Shown here piece after piece: positions 24,890-37,690 of a stretch of 64,000 bases of DNA. The DNA is from Utricularia gibba. Taxonomy: Eukaryota; Plantae; Magnoliophyta. The stretch spans positions 4,278,001 through 4,342,000 of the forward strand of contig CM007990.1 of assembly GCA_002189035.1 (NCBI GenBank). Reading direction: 5' to 3'. Made by a program: the position numbers and the translations under genes. The notes beneath the pieces were generated by a model that searched no databases, had not been told where the DNA came from, and saw only the letters and a program-made list of their open reading frames with translations. How positions within the stretch are numbered: position 1 is the first letter of the stretch; the number at the start of each line of letters is the position of its first letter.

Positions 24890-25744
24890 CACGTGTCATC
24901 TCTACCCTTATCCAACACGCGCAAGCCGCCTTCTCAGACCATGCCCACATGTGCCATTCTTGGCTGCCTCAGAGCCAAACCCACGTCCCACAAGTTCAAG
25001 TGCAACAATATAAAGGGAAACCCTCACATTTCTATGCCTAATAAGCAACATTGTCGATATGGTATACATAAGTTTATAGTTTTATAATATAAAAAGATAA
25101 TAATATTCCTTCAATAATATTACATACTTAAAATTATTTTTTAAAAAAACTATTCAAACATTACTTATTTTTAACTATTTAAAAAATCATGTAGCACATA
25201 GTTATTTTAATAATATCACGTATAAATTCAATTATAAAACTATATATCCAACACGTGAGAAATAATCAATATTTTAGATAGCATTATCTACAAAATATTC
25301 AATTTTTTCAAATCATTTATTTTGTTATAAATTAACGCATTCACATTCAGTAGTATACAAAATTAAACCATTCTATCAAATGAACTCTAAGCAAAAAGAA
25401 TGGCATATGGCATTGTCCAAACACTTCCGCCACGGCACGTTTTATAAGTAAAAAAAAAAAAAAAATCTGCCGGGCACATTATAGTTCCATTATTAATGTT
25501 CATGCACATCGGAATGATTATTATCATAGATAAAGCTGGGGGAGCTACAGTGGCATTGAGACATTTGAACTACCACGTGGCAAGTACATGTATGTTATCG
25601 GGGCATATTCGGGTCGCCCACCCACCCTAATCAATAATACCGACTCCGCGACAAACCCGCGAACTTCGCGCCGCGTAAATAATTTCCCTCGGTGGGCTCC
25701 ACCGCCTGCGGATAGACGTAATCCACGTGGCGGGGTGACGTGCC
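24890..25744. promoter_or_regulatory. G-box/ABRE cluster
   Basis: CACGTGTC 24890-24897, CACGTGGC at 25574 and 25724, and TGACGTG at 25736, within GC-richer islands between DUS3L and DUF506. Confidence 0.45.
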
Positions 25745-25784
25745 ATCCTGTCCAGTAATGATAATTCGTCACATGGGACCTGCC

Positions 25785-25903
25785 GGTTTATTTTGAAAGT
25801 TACCCACTCTACATTTTTATCACACTAAACACAAAAAAATGCACGTAACTTGGGTATTTTTCTAAACAAAGTAAAACACAGTGGGTATTTTTCAAATTAA
25901 CTC
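25785..25903. mobile_element. 119-bp Mutator-like MITE
   Basis: 24-bp inverted termini (GGTTTATTTTGAAAGTTACCCACT vs reverse complement GAGTTAATTTGAAAAATACCCACT, 19/24). Flanked by a perfect 10-bp TSD GGGACCTGCC (25775-25784, 25904-25913). Confidence 0.8.
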
Positions 25904-25914
25904 GGGACCTGCCC

Positions 25915-26592
25915 GGGGAAATGAGTTAAATACCTGAACTTTTTTATTTTATTTGTCATTTAACCTAGTTATAGCAAAGATTTGTAAATTACCAAAAAAA
26001 TAAGTTGTTCTTTGGGTTTTACCCTACTTTATGCTTTTTTTGTTTTTGAATGTTTTTTTTTTGGATTTCTAATTTAGGGGTTCAATTTTAAAGTTTAATA
26101 TTTAATATTTATAATTTAGAAATATTATATATTAAGTTTTCATAATTTTATGATTACTGATTTAGAGTTTAGGGTTTAAGATTTCATAATTTTTTAAGAT
26201 TACTGATTTAGGGTTTAAGATTTTAATTGGGATTTAATTTTTTTGGTTTCAGATTTAAATTTTTGAGTTGAAGGTTTAGATTTTAGAACTTGATATTTAG
26301 TTTTTGATTTAAGATTTACGGGTTTAAGATTTGAAATTTAAGTTTTAGATTTTAAGTTTAGATTTTAGGGTTTATATTATGATATTTTTAAATTTCAGAT
26401 TTAGTATTATGATTTGAATAAAAATTAAGTTTTATGTGTTTTTATTTTTTATAATTTAATTTATAAATTAAATCTTAATATAAGGTATTTTACAAATGGT
26501 AGACGAACATAAGGTAATTTTCAAAGAAAAATTGAAAATAGGGTAAAATGCAAATATAATGGACCTGACAAAGGTAAAACGTCGAGGGAGCC
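25915..26592. mobile_element. 678-bp non-autonomous Mutator-like element with internal degenerate TTTAGGG-like array
   Basis: 10-bp TSD GGACCTGCCC (25905-25914, 26593-26602). Both ends start with GG and share degenerate inverted blocks at matching offsets (ATTTGTCATTTAACC...TTTGTAAATTACC vs ATTTGCATTTTACC...TTTGAAAATTACC). Interior about 26070-26400 is TTTAGGG/TTTAAGA-like repeats. Confidence 0.65.
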
Positions 26593-27409
26593 GGACCTGC
26601 CCACCTGGACACCTCATATGATTCACGACTGACTCGGAAAATCCAAATCTCCAACTCCAACTCTTTTTTCTAAACTTGAACCGGATCTACCAGTTTTCTA
26701 ATCTTATGTTTAATTATTATGTAACTCAATTATATAAAATGTTTAATATACGAGAATACAAATTCACGTATATAAATAATATAGATGTAATTAATTCATC
26801 TCTTAATTTGTGTATATCAATTATGTACTTAAAAAATATGTATATTTAAATAGTATAGTATTTTATACTATACTATCAAAGACTTTCTTAGTGTCATGCT
26901 TATGGGTATCTGCTAATCATGTTGATAATTTCACAATGTAATTAAATTATATCGATAGCTTAGCTTATTATAGAGTTTTAATACGGGATTATGGAAAATT
27001 AAGCATGAACATTAAAATATTGTATGAGTGGTGGACCTGTGGCAGCTGTATTACTTTATTGGAATAAAAGTAATTAACGTTTGTTACTAATTTTATATAA
27101 TAAAACTTAATAATTATTGAGTGGAAATGTGTGGAATATTCAATTGGTAAATCTGGGGGTTTTTGGATAGGGGAGGAGCGAGAATATGCGGGCATATCCA
27201 CCGCTCGCTGGGTAGACCTGCCGATGACGTGGATCCTGGTTGTCCGGGCACGCCGGTTCGGACCGGACATCCAATGAATACGGATATTCTGGGGGTGACT
27301 CGCGGGCCCCACTCGCTGCGCGTATAAAATGGTACGAGCGCTCACAATTATTTCTCTGCGCAGCATTCGGTGTTTTTTTCTTTTCGAGGAGGAATAATTG
27401 GAATTTGGA

Positions 27410-28647
27410 ATGCGGAAACAGGGGCCTGGAGTTCCAACGAAACATCGCCGGATGCTGTTGTGGGACAGCCGTGCGCCGGAGGTTGACGGAGAGCCGGTCA
27501 TCAATTTGTCGGATGACACCGTTTTTGAGTTCCTGTGTGGAGAATTCTACGATTCGTCGCCGTTGAGCGGGGATGGCGGTGACCGAGGCCTTGGTGAGGA
27601 GCTGGAAACTGAGAACGAGGATGGGAATCAGGATGCCGAAGGCGATGATTTCTGGCAAACGCAGCATAACTTGTTACAGGTAGGGTTCCTGAGATTTCGC
27701 GATTCCCCAATTTTTTGGGCGGATTTCATGTTTTCCCTATTCTCTTTTTTGAACTCGGAGAATGTTTTGGTTGATTCGAGATTTTTCCTAATGTTTCATG
27801 CAGTCGACGATATGCAGAACGACGTCGTTGGAGACACGGATTCGAAAAATTACCAACCAAGCTGTAGAGGAAGCACGCGAATCATGTGGCTGCTGCACCG
27901 CTCCTCCCACCGGCGCTTGCCGGAAATGCCTCATGAAAGACGTTTGCTGGCGACTTCGAAATGCTGGTTTCGATAGTGCGATTTGCAAGTCCAAGTGGAT
28001 AAGCTCACCAGAAATTCCCTCAGGTTGGTTGGTTCATCCATTTCTTCACTTGAAACTCTTCCACTCACTCATTTCATCTGCCCTCTACTGGTATACATGA
28101 ATGAATTCCCATCTTTCAAACATATCCCGCTGCTTGTTTGATAGCTTTCTGTGACTCAAAGCTCTAAATTTCTACAAACCGTGATCATGTTCACTAAATG
28201 GAGACGATGACTGTCGCAGGGCAACACACATTTCTGGATGTAGTAGACAACTCGAACCCGAAAAAGGGGCAAGTCCGGGTCGTCATCGAGTTCAATTTCC
28301 AGGCCGAATTCGAAATCGCCCGGTCCAACGACGATTACAAGAAGCTGGTGCAGAGACTTCCCGATACATTCGTCGGGAAAATCGAAAGGCTGCTGGGAGT
28401 GCTGAAGATAATGAGCACCGCCGCAAAAAAGTGCATGAAGGATAGCAAAATGCACATGGGGCCGTGGAGAAAACACCGGTACATGCAGGCAAAATGGATG
28501 AAAACTTGCGACAGGCCATCCAATTCACCCAACTCCTTCAATTATCAGATTTCTGTTCCACCCGGAAGACCCAGAATGTCAATGCTTACTCTGGATCTGA
28601 ACGAGAGTTTGGCCAGTTTGCGTAGGCCTGCGGTGCAGGTCGTCTGA
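27410..28647 (+). CDS. DUF506 (PDDEXK-like, TIGR01615) family protein, 3 exons
   Basis: LRNAGFDSAICKSKWISSPEIPSG|QHTFLDVV...RVVIEFNFQAEFEIAR...FVGKIERL...MHMGPWRKHRYMQAKW. Confidence 0.92.
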
Positions 28648-29827
28648 GGAAGAAGAAGAAGTTTTTCAATCCTGACCATGAGTGAGTCGGCGACACACAT
28701 ATATGTACCTAGCGGCTGTTTTTGGCTTCCTCGGAAAATCTACCAACTGCCGCATTCTTTCAGAGCGTCAAGATCCTGAAACCTCTGATCGGCCCTAACT
28801 AGAGAGCTGGCAATGGCATCGTTCCTTTGTTTTTTTTCTTTTTTTTTTTCATATGCCGGAATAAATCAAGAGCGTTATTTATAAGATTCACATGCCGGAT
28901 AAGTTTATGATTTATCTTTGTTTATAATTTAAATTGATATAAATAATTATATAATATCTACAGCGATGTTTATCTGTATGTATATTTTTTTATCAAATAT
29001 GAGAATATTTTAAATATATATGTGTAAAATTTATATATCAAATATAATTTCAATTATAACTATATAATAATGTCTTTTGGAAGGGTGAAATACAGGTCAT
29101 CATCTTGAATGGCAATCTGGCACAGGGTGTTCCAAGTCTGGTTCGTTAACAGGAATGCGACTGAGGGGGAAAGAAGTATTTTTTTAGGAGATATTTTAAC
29201 GTAGATTTATTTCTGATGCATAGTCTTGTGATTCATTATACATACTTGTGGTGTTACTGTCCAGTCGCTTGATGACCTTAAAACGACATCGATGTCACCT
29301 GAGCTCTCCATTTCCTTCACCGGTCGCCGGTCTCTGTCGCCCAGTTAAGATCGGATCACACATGAAATAAAGTACAAAAGAAACATGAATTTCATCATAA
29401 AATATTAGACCTAATGAATTACTTAATGATTTAAAATATTTTACATAATTAACTATTTAAAATTTTATATTTTACAAAATTTAAATTTATAATATTTTTA
29501 TTATAGATGAAAAGTAAACAAAACTATTTCAAGTCAAAATGTTGTTACTCCAAAGATGTGCATGGAATCACTGGCCGGCCGGGTTAGTGATACGTGGGCC
29601 TATTGTGTATGGGTAATAGGCCCATTATTAGTAGCAATGAAAGCCCAAAATCCCCAACCGCGTGATTTTTTAAAAAACCGGCGTCTCCACTCTCAGACCG
29701 TTGCTGAAAACCCCTGCTGTATTTCGATGGTCGCGGAGTGGTGCTATTTGACGATTGATTTTGCTCTGGAGGTGTATTGAATTGTGATGGTTGAATGCAG
29801 TTTGGGGACATTAGTGTGCGTTAAAAG

Positions 29828-30671
29828 ATGGGGAACGCAGTGGGATCGTTATTCTCTGGAATTGGGCAAGTTGTTGATAAGATCCTGGGTCATCCATTGG
29901 ACTTTCTCTCTGGAAAAGCTTGCGAGTAAGTTTTTCGCGTTTTTGTTTTAGATTCGCTTCAATTTTGATGAAATGCGCTTTTTTTTGCAGTTCAGCATGC
30001 CGCCCTACGTGGGATCTCGTGTGTTACATAGAGAATTTCTGCGTATCCCATTTGCTCAAGTTAGCGTTGGTTGCAATTTTGGTCTACTTTGGTATTGATC
30101 GATAAGTCTCTGTGTGTGTGTATGTGTTTTTTTTTTTTTTTTTTTTTTCTGTATGTATTCAGATTGTCCATTGCTTAATCCTTTCACTTGATTTGCAGTC
30201 CTCTTGTTCTTGTATCTGGTGTACAAACTGGGAATCTGCCAATGCACTTGTCACATAATCTGCAGAACTCTATGGGGGTGTTGTCGTGCCTACATTTATG
30301 CAATAAACTGTTGTTGCTCCTTCTTATGCCTCAAGCTTCGAAGCGTAAAGCACTCGAGGCCGAGGAGAAGAAGGGATCCCGAGGAATGCTTTACAGAAAG
30401 TGAAGAAGAGAATGAAGCTTCCGGTTTCAGTAGAAATGCCAGGCGAAGAATCAGAAGAGATCACAGAAGAAGGCATATAAGGAAGTCATTGAGACCTATG
30501 GGGCATCGAGTAGGGGTGGAGATATCAGGCAACTTGAAACGCAAAAAGTTTGATTCTTGCATCGATGAAAATCGCACAAGCCCACTTCAACATCATATTC
30601 GAGTCACTAGAAGCTCAAGATTCTCTATCAAAGGCTCGCATCGCAGGAAGAGGAAGCATGATCTGAGGTAA
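29828..30671 (+). CDS. Conserved plant Cys-rich membrane protein of unknown function, 3 exons
   Basis: MGNAVGSLFSGIGQVVDKILGHPLDFLSGKAC|DSACRPTWDLVCYIENFCVSHLLKLAL..|LLFLYLVYKLGICQC... followed by an Arg-rich tail; canonical GT-AG introns. Confidence 0.78.
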
Positions 30672-30805
30672 AGTACCCTTGAACCATCAAGTTTGTATCC
30701 AAAGCAGAAGGAAAATATACCTGTGAGTCTTCTAATGCGTTGCATTGGTCTTCTTTACATGATAACGCCTAACAATATGTATACATTGTGATGAACTTTT
30801 GTGTC

Positions 30806-32318
30806 TCAGTAGTCGTACAAGTGATCAGTATGCATATGAGAGGTCATGTTGAGATTCTGAAGCATTGTTTCCCCTCTTTCGTTGAAGCTAAAAACAGTCA
30901 GCCCACCATTGTTTATGTCGAATGCACGAAACCTGCAGAACAAACAAGAACATAGTATCGAATCGCAATTTCGAATGGAATGACTTATACCAAGCATACC
31001 TGTTAGGACCTAATCCGAGAGCTGTGCATACCAGAGCCCTCAAGATTGATTTATGTGTGACAACGAGGAAGTTTTCTCCCTGCTCATACCAGCAGCAGCC
31101 ATGAACACCTAGAAGAAGTATGGGGATGTGGACTGTAAGTATAACAAGGGCTCACCGGAGTAAACAAGATCTCAAGCCAAGCTTCACGAGCAGTCCTCCA
31201 CAGTTCTCGAATCGGGTAAACGCCATTGACATGGAAGTTCGAAGGATCTTCTCTCCAATTAGTGAACTCATCCGGATACATTCTTTTGGCATCCACTGTC
31301 TCCAAAGACTAAATGTGACTTGCAATGTGGTAGATCACCAAATAAAAGGCAGTTGCTCATTATTCTCATTAGTTTGATCTCTGGGGTGTTCCCAAACAAC
31401 TTTCAGACACCAAACCAGACGAACTTTTGCTGACAACGAAGATGTAACTACTGAAAGTGAAGCTGGTGAAGGAAACACTGACCATTTTTCATGCCTTCAA
31501 GGAAGTATAAGTGAGCTTCTTTCAGGGAGTCAAGAAAAACCATTGGCTGCTCCCTTCCTTCCCACACAATCTCAGCAGTCGTCTTCAAAGTTGAAAGCAT
31601 ACCTAATGAGTTAGCAGTTGAAATAGAGACAAGGCCATCAGAGTCAGAGTTGCATTGTGGCGAACCTTGGCACGTGATATTGGGCTTGAAAAACAGCAGT
31701 CGAAGTGCATGCTCGATAAGGCCACCCTGCACCTCTTAGCTTGTGCAACACCAGCTTCTGTTAGGATCGACATGTTGGAGCTCCCCTGTCAAGAGTAACA
31801 GAACACTTCTAAATTTCTTTACACGGTAAGAGGCAAGGTACATAGAACACAAAGATGGGGAACACAGTGGAAGAGATATGATTTTCAGGAAACCTGAATT
31901 CTGCTTTCTTTATTCCAGGAGCTAAGACCATGGCGCAGGAGGGTTATCTTCTTGGATGATGACAACAACTTCCCAGAAACCAAACTACTTGCTGGTCCTT
32001 CCAATTCAAGCGCTCGACCATTCCATGACCCATCGTTTCCAAGAATCTCTGCGCCAGTTACTCACTCATGATCAGCAAGAATCTCAGCAGATCATCAAAC
32101 TTCTATGATTTCGCAAATCGATTCAGGAACCCACAAATCCTCTACCCAATACCCATTCAACATCCGAAAATGAAAGAGCAAAATGGAGCGCAAATACCAG
32201 TAGTGATCGAATCCGGGGAACCAGATGACGAACACGTGACAATCCTGGAAGCTTTCCGAGTATCAGCAATGAGGGGCTTGAGGAAGTTAAGGGGATTGAT
32301 AACCAGAGCGCAACTCAT
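30806..32318 (-). CDS. Histidine-phosphatase (PGM-like) protein, probable 2-carboxy-D-arabinitol-1-phosphatase type, plastid transit peptide
   Basis: KKITLLRHGLSSWNKESRIQ|GSSNMSILTEAG...; later exons DSLKEAHLYFLEGMKN, FHVNGVYPIRELW and RFRAFDINNGGLTVFSFNERGETMLQNLNMTSHM. Confidence 0.85.
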
Positions 32319-32571
32319 TGCAGAACTTATGGGTTTTCTACCTAACGATCAGTTCAGAGCTGCGAACTCCAAAGCTACGGGAGAGCAGCAGAATTAGCAG
32401 AGAAGATCTTTTGGGGGGCCTTGATTTTTCTATGACTCATATTCCATTTGTTTTCTCTCACCTTTTTTTGAGGCTTGAATTATCCATCTAGAAGAAACGA
32501 AAAAAAAATTCAATCTTTGTCATAAATGAAACACACACTAGAAACAGAGTGTCTTATTACACCAACTTCGT

Positions 32572-34766
32572 CTACTCAGACAAGGTAGGGAGCAGCTCGC
32601 CGGAGTTGCTAAGCTCCAACACAATGTCACACCCACCGACCAACTCCCCTTGTAGTACAACTGCGGGTAAGTTGGCCAGTTGGAGAACTTCTTGAGCCCT
32701 GCCTCACCTCCTCATCACTCAAAATGTCGAAGGAACCGAATTCCAGGCCTACGGATTTGAGCGCATTCACCACCTTTGAGCTGAACCCACATCTCGGAGA
32801 ATCTGGGGAACCCTTCATGAAAAGCATAATGGGATGGCTTCCTATCACGCGCTTCAACCGGTCTTCGAGTGTCGTCTCCTCGGGGTTGATGATTCCTTTT
32901 TCCAGTAGGACCTTCTTCAGTTCTCCGCTCTTTTGCATCTCCAAAACAATATCTGATCCACCAATTAACTCGCCCCTTATGTAAAGCTGAGGGTAACTTG
33001 ACCAGTTTGAATATACCTTCAGACCTTGACGGACTTCATCATCAGTAAGAATGTTGAAGCTTTCAAACTTGATATTCTCCTGTCTGAGTATATCAACCAC
33101 TTTGCGGCTATAACCACAGCGAGGTTCATCTGGTTCACCCTTCATAAACAGAATAACTGGAGCTGAATTTATTAACCCACCCAACCTTTCACTTAAAGCA
33201 GCACTCAGGCCTGAGGCTACAAACACCCCACCCTTCCCGCCGTCAGTGTTGGTGGTTATTTTCTGATCAGAGTCAGCTATTTCCACACCATAATCTCTAA
33301 AAACCTGTTGGAGTTCTCCACTTTCATGCATTGCAATTGCAATGTCACAGCCACCCAGGAGCTCTCCCTTGCAGTAGAGTTGAGGAAATGTTGGCCAGTT
33401 CGAAAATACTTTCAGCCCCTCTCGGACTGCATTGTCAGTAAAAATATCAAAGCTTCCAAATTTAACCTTTTCCTTCCTGAGGATATCCACCACTTTCTGA
33501 CTAAACCCACACTGAGGTGACTCTGGACTCCCCTTCATGAAGAGCATCACTGGCTGTGAATTAATAAGCTGCTGAAGTTTCGTTTTCAGTTTTTCTCCTA
33601 TGCCAGAATCTGGCTGGCCACCATTTGAGGATTTTTCATTTTCCTTAGAAAGCTCTTTCACAGTTTCAAGAACAGTGGGCCCAGCAGCCATTCCAAGGCT
33701 AGCTGGAGCAGCAGGTTTGCCGCGACTGACTGCTTCAGCCACTTTGGCGACCTTGTTTGCTAAACTGGATGGATCGGCACCTTCTAACTTGTCCACCAAT
33801 TTTCCGCCCTAGAAGAAATTAAAGCACACAACACTTACACATCAGAGTTGTATGTCTGCACAGTCACTATTTAAGTATATAGCCCATTTGATAACTGAAA
33901 AGCAATTTTCTTATAGTGAACTTTCTGACGCCCGAATGGACTGCACTCTAGCTATTCACAATGAACAATCGACTTTGCAATTTCGTGAAGTATACAAAAT
34001 GTGAAGTGTGATTGAACTATTGCATAGATATCGTCTGCAGCTTGAAAATCCGAATGCAGAAGAGACGAAAAGACTAACTTATTTACCTTGAAGAAAACAA
34101 AAAATGGCACAGCAGATACTGAGTATTTCTCAGAAATCTCGGGTTGTTCCTCAGCTTCAACCTACAAATCATTAAAGAGCATCAGAAAGTTAAAGAATTT
34201 TTTTTTAAAAAAAGAGGCATAAGGAAAAGTTAACAATAGCAACTTAAACTGAAAATGGTGCACTTGTGTTTCATTTCCCTTCCAAGTACTTATCCTCATT
34301 CATCCAGATTTCTAACTTGCCACTCGAATAATATCAAGAAAACAGAAGTTAAAATGAACTACCAATAACGACGATTTAAAGATACAGCAATCACGCACAA
34401 CAATATTCACATAAACAACTGTTCACCAAAACTGAAATATACCACCTTTAAAGGAGAATGAACAAAAAGAGCAGGTTTGGCACCTTTCCGAAGCAACCAA
34501 GAGTTCATGAAAACGAATGAAAAATATAGATTTCAGGAACTCGATACGCGGTATGAAAGATAAAAATCAATCTAAAAGCTTATTACCCTGAGGAACCGAA
34601 CGAGAGGAAAATCGGTGGCAAGTTGGGAGAACACTTGATCCATGTGCTTGGAGGCCTCGCACCAAGAAGCCCAAAAGTGTAAAGCCAAAGGAGCACCTTC
34701 TCCGATGATGGCCTTGAGTTCTTCCGCCGATCTTACATCCTTCAAAGTTCCTCCGGTCGCCGCCAT
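32572..34766 (-). CDS. GRXS17: Monothiol glutaredoxin S17 (Trx domain + three Grx domains)
   Basis: Trx-like WASWCEASKHM, then three Grx domains with CGFS, CGYS and CGFS. Last domain needs one extra base each at C runs 32697-32699 and 32646-32649 to end ...GELLPTLSE*. Confidence 0.93.
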
Positions 34767-35162
34767 GGTTCTCTTCTCCGGCACGAATCAGCAGAACGGT
34801 CTCTCGGTAATAGCAACCAGCGAAGCCCTAATTCAACATATATCTCTTCGGAGACGAAGGTATGTTGTCTAATTATAATTTTTTTAAATTACCATAAATT
34901 TCAATCTTTTTAAACTAAAATTAAAGATTCAAATTTCGAAATCAATTTAAAAAATAATCAATTTTTTCAAATTTCTATTTTTTAATTAAATAAAAAAATA
35001 GATTAAAAAACACACAAATTCAAATGTCTTTAATCGAAAATTAGTTTTTTTAGTTTTTTGTTGCTGACGTGAATTCCATGCATATTAAAAAATCATTATA
35101 AAAACGAGCCAATACTCACAAAGCACAAAGAGTTGTAGCGACGTTTCCCCAATTTCAAAATA

Positions 35163-35170
35163 ATTCGCGC
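35163..35170 (+). promoter_or_regulatory. Candidate E2F site (WTTSSCSS)
   Basis: ATTCGCGC about 20 bp upstream of the ASY4 ATG. Confidence 0.3.
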
Positions 35171-35190
35171 GCAAAACCCAGATTTCTGCA

Positions 35191-36833
35191 ATGTCGGCGA
35201 CGAAAGCGAACTTGAAGCGAGCATCGGAAACGGAACGCTTGAAAACGGACCGGAAAAAGATGCTTACTATCGACGATGATTTCGATTCTCTCATCTCCAA
35301 GTAAGTTTTCCGTCAGCGATCTCCTGTCCCCTGGCGATTCATGCACCTGTTTGTTGTTTTCACTTACGGATGATCTATTCTTGTTCGGATGCAGTGATAT
35401 TAAAGGAATCATGAGCGCTCTTCAGCAGATCAAGGAGAAGGCGCAAAAAGATGGCCAGGAAAAGAACGAACAGACAATCTCCAGGTGATAACTCTATTGG
35501 ATTTTCAAGTCTACCTGATTCCTTCTTCGGCTTCTGTTCATTCTTAGCTCGATGCATTCGTTGCAACCAATGATAGTTTTAAGGTCGATCCATGTCTCTG
35601 AGTTTGGCAAATCTTCCGACAGTGCTATCTTCAAACACAGATTATATGATTGAATGTGTTTCGGCATTAAATGGCTATCCATTAATTTGAATTCCTTGAA
35701 GCTTTTTATGGATCACAGAATGAACCCACTTCTGTTACAGTACCTGAGAAATGTGTTTCCGCCTAAAATATTCAAGTTGCTGCTTCCACAGTGTGGCATC
35801 AGATATCAAATCAAACTTGGATGAATTGAAAACTAAGCTTGAGAAAGATAGGTGAGATTACGATCCTCAATTTAGCTTATTGCTAATATTTCACACGCCA
35901 TTCCACCATACCTTCTTGCGTATCCATTGTTTCATTTGGCAGGCAAAGCTTTGCGAAGGGACTAATAAAGAGCTCTAAAGAGGTCTCTACATTTTTCGTC
36001 TTAGATGATACATTGGTGGACTCCTTTTTAGTTTCTGAATGCTGATCATTAATTAGAGCAGTGTGAACATTTACTCAAGTGTGAGTTTTCCAAGTTCCAA
36101 CAACTCCATGAGAAATTTGCTAAGGAGAAAGCCGTGCATCTGCAGGCTGTGAAAGGTCATTCATTCTCACTTTCTGTCACTGAATGTGGAATACATTTTC
36201 TTTGTATCTCTACTTTTTATTCTCATAAATATCCTTCCTGAGTCATGGCAGTTGATTGTCCATACTCTCTCTTCAGCCTTCTCCTCATGCTCCCATTTAT
36301 CCAAATTGCTTTATTTCTCAGATGTTGTAGCAAAGTATGAAGAAGAGAAAGAGAGGTTATTTGTGCGCTACGAGCAACTGAGTGAGCATTGGCAGCAGCT
36401 TTCTTATATGTGAATCCACATTGTGGGGATACTCTTAAGATTTGGTAACTTCTACCAGGAAGGAAAGAAAAGAGTATGCTGACTGAACATGAGAAGCAAA
36501 CTGCCGCCAAAATATCTCAACTGGAGGAGTCTCTTAAGAAGAAAAAGCAGGTAAAATATCCACTCTCATTGCATTCTTCCTTGGCACACCTTTCGCCCCA
36601 AGTCAGCTTCGCATCATGCTGCCAATTAGGCTTGCTGCTACATCTTTTCTGCTTCATGTCCCTAAAGCACATGATGTGGTTGGTATACTTAATTGCATCT
36701 GTTCTTTGGCTGCGCTTGAACTCCCCCTTCGACGTTGCAGGATGACAAAACATTCAGCATCCTAAGAAAAACATTAGGATCCTTTCTCGGGGACGCATCA
36801 GATGAGGACTTTCCTCTGGAGGACGATCACTGA
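35191..36833 (+). CDS. ASY4: Meiotic chromosome axis protein ASYNAPTIC 4, 8 exons
   Basis: Spliced product DIKGIMSALQQIKEKAQKDG...ELKTKLEKDRQSFAK...SSKECE...EEEKERLFVRYEQLRRKEK...LEESLKKKKQDDKTFSILRKTLGSFLGDASDEDFP closely matches recalled Arabidopsis ASY4 (At2g33793). Confidence 0.85.
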
Positions 36834-37690
36834 TGCATTTTCGTAGCCTTTTCTATTGAGGTTTGGAAACCTTTATAATGGGTGCAGCTGCATGCCGTTT
36901 TAGATGCTCAAAATGCTCTGTTTCATTTGCCATTTTATTGAAAACGATGTATATGAATGATCCATTCCTCATACAACTAGGAACTTATTGTTCAATATCA
37001 TTCTATATGGTTTTATCTAGAGAGTGACAATTTTATTGTATGAATTAGTTTATTAGTATATTTGTTTGCGTCTTCCAATGTGCGTAGATTAAGAATTACA
37101 TTTATTTGATAAACATGTTTTTCGATGCATATATAATTTATAATATATGTATATAATTTCTTCAATTATATTTTTCAAAACTCTTTGTATATGAATTTTT
37201 TTAATTGACCGATTTTTGTTATTTATTTATTTATTTTAAATGTCTATATATTATATTATACATTCATAAAATATATGTATTAAATATATTTTCATTTTTA
37301 ATCACTTTGATGTATGTTTATTAAATTAAAAATAATTAAAGTACATTATTCATTAAATTATCCTACCCAACATTCTTTTAATGGCACAATGTTAACTAAG
37401 TCCAAATTACAACGACCGTTAAACCGTACACTAAACATTACCACAATTTACCCACGTTAACAGTAAAAGGAGATAAGGTAAAAAAACGTTTTGCCTTAAC
37501 AACTTGTCGAAATTAGTACTCTGACTCCAACAAAAAAGAAGCAACAATTTGAATTACCGTAATTCTGCTTTCATCCTTCCAGAAATTGGCCCAAACCACC
37601 GCAGTGAAAAACACTCTTTAAGGTAAATTTCCTAAACCTTTTTACCGGCACCTCTGACTTCCCATAGTATAAAACCACCATGCATCCACC

